Source: a virus (taxonomy: Duplodnaviria; Heunggongvirae; Uroviricota; Caudoviricetes). From it: DNA of 64,000 nucleotides. Positions 57,737-64,000 of this stretch are shown here, one piece after another. The notes beneath the pieces are model-generated. The model did no database searches. It was given only the letters and a program-made list of their open reading frames with translations, and was not told the origin of the DNA. Every line of letters begins with the position of its first letter. Positions within the stretch are counted from its first letter, which is position 1. The position numbers and the translations under genes were made by a program. Location of the stretch: the IMG/VR virus record IMGVR_UViG_3300049044_000094; one strand, written 5' to 3'.

Positions 57737-57895
57737 TCAATGAACAGTGGAACGGTGGAGATCGTAGAGGACACGAAGCTCGGCGAGGTCCTCGGCAGTG
57801 CCCTCCATTTCGGCAAGGGCGTCCTCATGGCGCTGATGGGCAGCCCCGTAATCAATAGCGGCTTCGATGATCTCGTCGATCAAATCGTCGGGCAC
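57737..57895 (-). CDS. small acidic protein (52 aa)
   Basis: GTG 57895 with GGAGAC RBS directly after terminator. Confidence 0.3.
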   Translation of the reverse strand: MPDDLIDEIIEAAIDYGAAHQRHEDALAEMEGTAEDLAELRVLYDLHRSTVH

Positions 57896-57906
57896 GGTGG
57901 GTCTCC

Positions 57907-57943
57907 AAAAGAAAGACCCCGACCAGCTATACTGATCGGGGTC
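57907..57943 (-). terminator. rho-independent terminator downstream of RNR gene
   Basis: GACCCCGA-13 nt-TCGGGGTC then TTTCTTTT on minus strand. Confidence 0.5.
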
Positions 57944-57966
57944 TCGGGTCTCGCAAATAGAAAGAA

Positions 57967-57979
57967 ATGACCTGGTCTT
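57967..57979. promoter_or_regulatory. palindrome motif site 6 ATGACCTGGTCTT (1 mismatch), overlaps nrdJ stop
   Basis: family member. Confidence 0.5.
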
Positions 57980-60623
57980 ATGAACCGCAGATGCCGCCGC
58001 CGCGCAGGTCACAGATGTCGACATGCTCTTCGGCGAACTCCTGGCCCTCATGGAGGATCGCCTCCTGATAGGAGACCGGCGTCAGCGGCTGGCCGCCGCG
58101 GGCGCCGTTGGGATAGGCAGTGAAACCACGCAGGCGCGGAGCAAAGCGGGCGAGGGTGTCGGCGAAGCCGGCGACGGTGTCCTCGTTGTTGTGTTCGCTG
58201 CCCCACTCAGGGAGGTTGATCGTCGAGCTGATCGCCATGTCGACATAGTCCTGAATGTCGGCCTGGAATGCGATCCGGCGCTCGTAGTCGGTGGCGAGAT
58301 CGATGGCGCTTTCGATGTTGTCGGGATCGGCGCCATAGTTCTGGATCATCTCCTTGGCGGTGCCGTCGACGACGAACTGGTAGTGCCAGTCGGTGCCGCT
58401 CTTCAGGTAGCGCCGCTTGTAGGCGACGGCGAACAAGGGCTCGATGCCGGTGGTGGTTCCCGCCATAATGCCAATAGTTCCCGTAGGAGCGATCGCTCGG
58501 TTCGCGACAGGGCGCGAAATCGAGAGAGCATCCGCAAATTCCGCAGACACTCGATCGCTGCAGTCTCGGTAAACACCGAGCCAATTGTGAAGTTCGGGGA
58601 CGACTTCATATCGGTACCCCCTCTTGATGAGCCATTCATGGACGCCCATCAGGCCGAGTCCAAGGCGCCGGTTCTTCTCCCGGACGTCATAGACCTTGCC
58701 GTAGGGCAACTTTGCGCGGAGCGTTCCGCAGATCAGGAACATCGTCGCGAGGCGGATGACGTCCCGCAACTCGTCGATGGTCTCGATGCGGCCGAGGTTG
58801 AGCGAGCCCAGATTGCAGACGTCGCTGTCGTCCTCGGACGTCACCTCGGTGCAATTTGAAATGATTACACCTTCAGCGCAGAAGCTGTGTTCTTCGACGC
58901 CTACGTCGCAACAGAAAACATCCTGGTTAACGTCGGGAACGACCGACACCACCCGCACGACGTAGTGGCGATATGCCTCATACGCTTCAACCTGCAACCT
59001 GACGGTTGGAATGAGTCTCGCGAACTCCGTTGTGGAACTAGACGCAACCACTAGGTTGAACGCTTTGTTACCGCCAAAGCCGGAGGTCACGGGAGACGAG
59101 ATGTAGGCTTGGATGCCAAGCTCTTCGAGCAGTCGACGAACCGAATTGAGCACGTTGAGATTGACGCTGGAAAGCCTGATGGTACCTCGATCAGCATCAT
59201 AGGAGCCATCAGCATCGAAAAGTCCCGCGAGGAACGACGCTCTAGCCGAGTGAGCGACGAAAGGCAGCTTGTCCTTGGTCTGTCCGTCAAAGAACCCATC
59301 ATAACCATATGCTCGGATATATCCACGGCTGTCACACCAATTGATGGTGTCGAACTGATCAGCAATGCGATCAAAGCAAACTTTCTTGCTCTCATGACAG
59401 ATTGCTAGGTCGATCTTCGACCCAATGTTATGACCATCGCCGAAAATGAAACCCCGCTTATATGCTTGAGCGTCGAAAGCCGAACGCTCGGCCTGGGGTA
59501 AAGAAACGTGAAGACGATCATCAGGCTGAAGCTGACCGGCGGGAACTTTCACAATCTCGACAGCCTTCTTTTCGCCTTTGCCGGACCATCGTTCGACAAA
59601 GAATTCATGTTCGGGATCAGCGACAATCTCACGTCCGCCCGACATGCTTACCCGCACGGTGGGAACCCCGCTCTTTGTCTTCACAAACCTGGCCGGTGCC
59701 CACTGCTTGCCAGTCCAAACAGAGACCTCGCGGTTGACGATCTCTGAGACCTGAACATAACCATCACTCGTAAGAACCTTCGTGTCCGCTGCAACAGGAG
59801 CATTGCGCAGCGTTTCGTTCGATTTCGCGCCGAAGTTGAAGCTGAAGCCGGGCTCGGCCGTCTTGAGTGCCTGGCGCACGTTGGTGAGAAAAATATCGCC
59901 CACCTGGCCTGTTTGCTGGAACGAAGCCAGCCAAGCGTCGTCGTAGTTGAGGCTGATGTTGGTCATGTCCAACGGACACGGCCAGTTGAAGTCTTTGTTC
60001 TTGAGATCGGCAAGGGTGAGATCGGTGCCGGGGACAGGATACCGGTCCCAGTCCTTAATGACGAGGAAGTCCCTCGCGTCTGGGTGGCTCCAGATGAGGG
60101 AGGCGTAAATCGCACTACGGCGACTGCCTCCCTGCATCACACGGCGACCGATCTCATTGATCATCTCCATCTTCGGCAATGGCCCGCTCGCAACACCCCC
60201 TGTGCGGGCGATGGGTGAGCCGGCGCCGCGGTAGCGCGAATAGTCGTTGCCAATGCCACCGCCGGTCATCAGGCAGGACTCAGCCTTCCAGCTGAGGTCT
60301 GCCCAATCCTCGCGAGTGTCCTCTTCCGAGCGAAGGAGATAACAGTTGTTGAAAAACGGATTAGGCCGGCCGGCGTAGTACAAATAACGCCCGCCAGGAA
60401 TAAATTTCATCTCGGCAATATACTGTGCCAACTGCGTCATGTCGCCCAAAGTCATGTATCGGGCGCAAACATCGGCTACGAGAGTGTCCGCAAGATCATC
60501 CCACGTTTCACATCCATCGTGCCGATATTTTTGATTGAAGATGTCGAGGCTAAACTGAGAACGAAAGGGCGACGTCATGACTGGTTCGGCTCCTGAAATA
60601 GGGCCGTCCCATCTACTGATCAC
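57978..60623 (-). CDS. nrdJ: class II (B12-dependent) ribonucleotide reductase, interrupted by an intein
   Basis: 881 aa; extein junction RNA|CTEV reconstitutes an N(P)CGE-like catalytic-Cys loop; GTG start. Confidence 0.75.
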   Translation of the reverse strand: MISRWDGPISGAEPVMTSPFRSQFSLDIFNQKYRHDGCETWDDLADTLVADVCARYMTLGDMTQLAQYIAEMKFIPGGRYLYYAGRPNPFFNNCYLLRSEEDTREDWADLSWKAESCLMTGGGIGNDYSRYRGAGSPIARTGGVASGPLPKMEMINEIGRRVMQGGSRRSAIYASLIWSHPDARDFLVIKDWDRYPVPGTDLTLADLKNKDFNWPCPLDMTNISLNYDDAWLASFQQTGQVGDIFLTNVRQALKTAEPGFSFNFGAKSNETLRNAPVAADTKVLTSDGYVQVSEIVNREVSVWTGKQWAPARFVKTKSGVPTVRVSMSGGREIVADPEHEFFVERWSGKGEKKAVEIVKVPAGQLQPDDRLHVSLPQAERSAFDAQAYKRGFIFGDGHNIGSKIDLAICHESKKVCFDRIADQFDTINWCDSRGYIRAYGYDGFFDGQTKDKLPFVAHSARASFLAGLFDADGSYDADRGTIRLSSVNLNVLNSVRRLLEELGIQAYISSPVTSGFGGNKAFNLVVASSSTTEFARLIPTVRLQVEAYEAYRHYVVRVVSVVPDVNQDVFCCDVGVEEHSFCAEGVIISNCTEVTSEDDSDVCNLGSLNLGRIETIDELRDVIRLATMFLICGTLRAKLPYGKVYDVREKNRRLGLGLMGVHEWLIKRGYRYEVVPELHNWLGVYRDCSDRVSAEFADALSISRPVANRAIAPTGTIGIMAGTTTGIEPLFAVAYKRRYLKSGTDWHYQFVVDGTAKEMIQNYGADPDNIESAIDLATDYERRIAFQADIQDYVDMAISSTINLPEWGSEHNNEDTVAGFADTLARFAPRLRGFTAYPNGARGGQPLTPVSYQEAILHEGQEFAEEHVDICDLRGGGICGS
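58854..59795 (-). mobile_element. intein with LAGLIDADG homing endonuclease inside nrdJ (approx. aa 277-590)
   Basis: Hint block A PVAADTKVLTSDG; LAGLIDADG motifs GFIFGDG and FLAGLFDADGSY; ends ..VIISN before Cys; GC drops to ~50% over this stretch. Confidence 0.5.
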
Positions 60624-60652
60624 AAATTCCGCTGTCTCGGCCAGCAGACCTT

Positions 60653-60665
60653 ATGACCAGGTCAT
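60653..60665. promoter_or_regulatory. palindrome motif site 7 ATGACCAGGTCAT (perfect), 30 bp upstream of nrdJ GTG
   Basis: family member. Confidence 0.55.
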
Positions 60666-60819
60666 TTCAGTCAGGTTCTGACGATTCTCAGGATCGCAGC
60701 ACGCAAGCGGGGATTGGTCGTCCTTTCGAGAAGCTTGGACATCTCGGATTTGATTGCGACCTGGACGAGTGCAAGTCCGCGGTTGCGGTTCAGCTTGGTG
60801 GCAAGGATGAAATATTCGG

Positions 60820-61353
60820 TTACCGGCTCAGGCACTTCACGACCTTTGCATACTCCTCGGGGGAAAGTACCAGTTTCACGATGAAGTCCCTGAACTCCTC
60901 GCCTTGCGCTTTGGCAAGGCGCTCGATCTGGGTGAGGGACCAATCATGGTTGAAGGGGCGCACGATCGCCACGTTCTGCGTTTTGGCAAAAACGCCGATT
61001 GCCCTGGCGGCGAGCGCCCCCTTCTGCCGGATTGAAAGTCCGGCCCCTAGGCGCTCGCGAACCGCATTCAGGTGGTCGGCAAGGCGGCGACGCATCGGGG
61101 CGCTGGCCTCTGTGAGGCTGTCGCTACCGATCGTCTTTTCCTTCGGTCGCTCATAAGTGATGCCCCGTTCTGCTTTGATGCGGCGCACAATCTTGCGCGT
61201 GTAATCCACGGGCTGACCTATGGTCTCGGCGATGGATTTGACCGGGCGCCCTGCTTTCATCAGCTCCGCGACATAGTCGTCGCGGTCCCCGTCCGACATC
61301 CCAGCCTGCCAACCAGCAGGCTGGGCCCCCTTTGTCTCAATCAGCCCATACAT
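60820..61353 (-). CDS. GcrA-like cell-cycle regulator homolog
   Basis: DDYVAELMKAGRPVKSIAETIGQPVDYTRKIVRRIKAERGI matches the GcrA N-terminal DNA-binding domain; start may be 61299. Confidence 0.5.
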   Translation of the reverse strand: MYGLIETKGAQPAGWQAGMSDGDRDDYVAELMKAGRPVKSIAETIGQPVDYTRKIVRRIKAERGITYERPKEKTIGSDSLTEASAPMRRRLADHLNAVRERLGAGLSIRQKGALAARAIGVFAKTQNVAIVRPFNHDWSLTQIERLAKAQGEEFRDFIVKLVLSPEEYAKVVKCLSR

Positions 61354-61579
61354 CTCTCAGAAATACTCCTTCATATAGCTCCCGAACATCATCCGGGACC
61401 TGAACCTTGCTGGGGTCGACGCTATTCCTGGCATCGTTCAAGAGTCTGATCTTGTCGGGGTCGTTGGCGATGGCATCCGGCGATGAATGGCGCAGCCATG
61501 CGTCGCTCAGCGCAGCCAAAAGATCGATCACGACTTGATCTCGGTTTGTCACGGTTGTTTTCCTCCTGGAGTCCTCCAT
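61337..61579 (-). CDS. hypothetical protein
   Basis: 80 aa. Confidence 0.3.
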   Translation of the reverse strand: MEDSRRKTTVTNRDQVVIDLLAALSDAWLRHSSPDAIANDPDKIRLLNDARNSVDPSKVQVPDDVRELYEGVFLRDVWAD

Positions 61580-61633
61580 TTCATACGCAGGGTTGCCGAG
61601 GTTGTCACATGACAGATTGGTGAGCGCCGCGCA

Positions 61634-62458
61634 TTAAGCGGCCAACAAATGACCAGGTCTTTTCTCCCTTTTTGATGGATTCACGAAACCGCTAATATCG
61701 CTGCGACCACGCACTCCCTTTGCCTTGAGGCCCACAACAACGCCGTCGGGGTCCGCGGGGCGATAGTCGTGCTCATCTCCGTTGATGACGGGGAGCGTCT
61801 GACCGCCAATGGTAAACGAATCGGGTAGGTCCGAAGTGGCGAAAACCACTGCGAGGTTTCTGCCCCGTTTAAGCTCCAAAATGGAGGCGTTCACGTTGTG
61901 TTCCTTCAGTGAGAACGTCAAATGGTAGTTCGCATTCGGCTGCCGATTCGGGATTGCCGTGTAGTCATAGAACGAGACTGCACCTGTAGGAAATATCCTA
62001 TCGATCGTCGTCATTTTCCTATCGATGCCGAGAGCGGCCGCAACCTCGGGGTAAAGTGTGAAGCCTTTTCGCTCCCAAACGATATCGCTGGTGGCGTTGA
62101 GGCGGACGGCGGCTTCCATGTTGCGGCGATCGGCCCGGCGAATGTGCTGGGCGATCTCGAGAGCCAGGATATTGAGGAAGAGATCGCGGTCGCTGAACAG
62201 AAGGCGCGTCTTACGAATTCGGCCGGCGTTCTTCGCTGCCATATACGCCGGCGAGCCGGCGAAGTGCAGACACGCAGCCGTGCAGCCTGGCGAGCGCTTC
62301 GGACATACCTCGTGGCCCGACAAATTTGCCGGTGCGAGGTGAAGGACCGCGGTGAGCACGCCGAGCTTGCCATTCTTTTTGACCTTCGGGTTGCTGTCGA
62401 TGTCAGACAGCAGTTGTCGAACCCCCGCGCGGACGCGGAGATCACTGAGCAAAGACAT
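61634..62458 (-). CDS. Cys/His-rich hypothetical protein (zinc-binding?)
   Basis: HEVCPKRSPGCTAACLHFAG cluster; 274 aa. Confidence 0.4.
   Translation of the reverse strand: MSLLSDLRVRAGVRQLLSDIDSNPKVKKNGKLGVLTAVLHLAPANLSGHEVCPKRSPGCTAACLHFAGSPAYMAAKNAGRIRKTRLLFSDRDLFLNILALEIAQHIRRADRRNMEAAVRLNATSDIVWERKGFTLYPEVAAALGIDRKMTTIDRIFPTGAVSFYDYTAIPNRQPNANYHLTFSLKEHNVNASILELKRGRNLAVVFATSDLPDSFTIGGQTLPVINGDEHDYRPADPDGVVVGLKAKGVRGRSDISGFVNPSKREKRPGHLLAA
61649..61661. promoter_or_regulatory. palindrome motif site 8 ATGACCAGGTCTT (1 mismatch), 76 bp upstream of gene 61337-61579
   Basis: family member. Confidence 0.5.
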
Positions 62459-62568
62459 AGTTGGAGAGCCCCTATCTTAGGGGTTGAAATCGCTAGGATT
62501 GCAGAGGCCCCCCGGCCTTCGGTTCGGCCGATAAGCCGGAGGGTGAGTGAGGTAAAGTGTCTTGTATT

Positions 62569-62859
62569 TCAGATTGAAACGCAGGTTAACGATTTGGTTA
62601 TTGATACAGTTTTGGCGGAGAAGCTCGCGGTTGCTTCATAACAAAGGCCGCGGCTAGATGACACGCGCCGGGCCCGGTTAATCATCACGAGCTTGGCAAG
62701 CTGACGACGGCAGGTCGGTTCCGTGAGCCCTGATAGATGGGCTAACGTAGACACGTTGGCCGGCCCGTTTTCACAGAGGGCCAGCCCAAGGGTGGCAACC
62801 CCCCACAACCGATCGAGTTCGAGGATCGAATGACGTAAGCGGGTCATACGAACCATCAT
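62569..62859 (-). CDS. winged-helix (MarR-like) transcriptional regulator, candidate repressor
   Basis: HTH VSTLAHLSGLTEPTCRRQLAKL; GGAGA RBS; divergent from RHH gene across palindromic operator. Confidence 0.5.
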   Translation of the reverse strand: MMVRMTRLRHSILELDRLWGVATLGLALCENGPANVSTLAHLSGLTEPTCRRQLAKLVMINRARRVSSSRGLCYEATASFSAKTVSITKSLTCVSI

Positions 62860-62869
62860 CTTGTCTCCG

Positions 62870-62905
62870 TAACCGCTATCGCTTATAGATAAGCGATAGC
62901 GGTTA
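62870..62905. promoter_or_regulatory. operator: 17-bp perfect inverted repeat TAACCGCTATCGCTTAT-AG-ATAAGCGATAGCGGTTA, third half-site at 62941-62952
   Basis: read directly; sits between divergent wHTH and RHH genes. Confidence 0.65.
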
Positions 62906-62927
62906 TAGCGTCAATCATAGGTGCGGC

Positions 62928-63125
62928 TTGGAAAACAAACCGATAGCGGTTAGTGGCGGGCGCATGGGGCGACCACCACTCGGAGTCAAGGCAACCACGG
63001 TCAGGTTGCCGAACGAAGTCGTCGAGCGCATCAAAGCGCTCGTCGGCAAGCACCGAGTGGCGTCCTTCATCCGCGAGGCTGTCGAGAACGAGTTGAAGCG
63101 GCGGGAGAGTTCACCCGACGCCTGA
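62928..63125 (+). CDS. ribbon-helix-helix DNA-binding protein (Cro-like candidate)
   Basis: TTVRLPNEVVERIKALVGKHRVASFIREAV RHH; TTG 62928 (AGGTG RBS) or ATG 62964. Confidence 0.5.
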   Translation: MENKPIAVSGGRMGRPPLGVKATTVRLPNEVVERIKALVGKHRVASFIREAVENELKRRESSPDA

Positions 63126-63129
63126 ATGG

Positions 63130-63987
63130 TCACAGCGTCCGCTCGGCGCCGTGAAATTTCGTAGCGACGGGAAAGCGGGGAATGCCATCCGGCGAGAGCT
63201 GGAAATATTGCACGGTGACGACCTTGTGCTTCTCGTTGAGAAGCTCGGCGGCGCGGGTGGCGTTGCCCTTTATCCCGGCGCCGAAGGTACGGCCATCGGG
63301 CAGGCGGCAAGTCACGCGCTTGGCGAGGCCGGCCCAGTTGCCGTTGCCGGGTAGGATCTCGACGCACTCGAATTCCTGGTCGGTGAATTCCTTGCGCTTC
63401 AGCAGCAGCTTGGAGCGCTTCTGCTCATAGGGGCCGGCCAGGCGGATCATCTGGCCCTCGTAGCCGGCGTTGAGATAATTCCCGTAGAGGTCGTCCAGCT
63501 CGTCGGCGTCTTCGCAGAAGCGAGTATCGACCATTCTGATCACCGCTTGGTGCTCAAGATAGAGCACGCCGCCGCCCGGAGCTTCGAGGCTCTCCTTGGG
63601 GAGTGCATCGTTCCCGAATACCGCACGGTGTGCAGCGATCATCCGGGTGCGGAAATCCCCTTCGACGCTCGGCATATCATAGACATGATATTGCATGTGC
63701 TGCCGAGCCTTCGCGAGATCCTCGGCGGTCGGTTTCTTCTTGCGCACGATCGAGCTGATCTCGCCGAAGTCGTCGGCCAGCTCATGGTTGTAGAGTTCGC
63801 CGTCCAGGATGGCGTCGGGGTCGCGTGCGAAGATCGGCGCGAGCGCCTCTTCGATATGCGGCACGGCCGTGATCGGCTGGCCCTGCCGGCTGAAGAGGCC
63901 TTCGGCGCGAGCGATGCAGCGGATCCCATCGAGTTTCATTTGAGACCAGCACGGGCCAGCCCATCCAGAATATTTCTGAGCCAACAT
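63130..63987 (-). CDS. lig: ATP-dependent DNA ligase
   Basis: adenylation motif I KLDGIR near N-terminus, later ligase motifs. Confidence 0.8.
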   Translation of the reverse strand: MLAQKYSGWAGPCWSQMKLDGIRCIARAEGLFSRQGQPITAVPHIEEALAPIFARDPDAILDGELYNHELADDFGEISSIVRKKKPTAEDLAKARQHMQYHVYDMPSVEGDFRTRMIAAHRAVFGNDALPKESLEAPGGGVLYLEHQAVIRMVDTRFCEDADELDDLYGNYLNAGYEGQMIRLAGPYEQKRSKLLLKRKEFTDQEFECVEILPGNGNWAGLAKRVTCRLPDGRTFGAGIKGNATRAAELLNEKHKVVTVQYFQLSPDGIPRFPVATKFHGAERTL

Positions 63988-64000
63988 GGGTTGGAAAAAT

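Noticed and set aside
60671-60943. 90-aa minus-strand ORF upstream of nrdJ
   Set aside because: It overlaps the better-supported GcrA-like gene (60820-61353) in another frame; 60624-60819 is more likely a promoter/leader region carrying motif site 7.

Overview
The window reads as a near-complete temperate siphovirus-like phage genome from a high-GC (~63%) alphaproteobacterial host; no host flanking genes are visible. Layout: 740-28570 (+) is the virion module (large terminase, portal, decoration-like paralogs, prohead protease/scaffold, HK97-type capsid, ~5.2 kb tape measure, lambda-like tail tip M/L/K/I/J); 28567-32421 (-) is a nucleotide-metabolism/Rad50-like operon; 32489-41387 (+) is a lysis cassette followed by a polysaccharide-enzyme block; 41388-42909 holds attP-like repeats, a tyrosine integrase and an excisionase; 42878-63987 (-) is a long early operon (dUTPase, SPFH lipoprotein, GapR-like, SbcD-like, exonucleases, family-A DNA polymerase, FEN, DnaA-domain-IV-like, SNF2 helicase, 14 small genes, class II RNR with a LAGLIDADG intein, GcrA-like, divergent wHTH/RHH switch, ATP-dependent ligase). 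Most notable: (1) a 13/17-bp palindrome AAATGACCWGGTCATTT at eight gene-boundary positions, probably the operator set of an unknown global phage regulator; (2) an HTH-metallophosphoesterase gene inserted between tail genes I and J; (3) an inverted RHH + -1-frameshift cassette inside the tail module; (4) low-GC islands in the head module, the TMP core and the intein; (5) phage copies of host cell-cycle/nucleoid regulators (GapR, GcrA, DnaA domain IV) plus an HflK/C-like SPFH lipoprotein. All assignments are from motif recognition by eye; no database search was possible.
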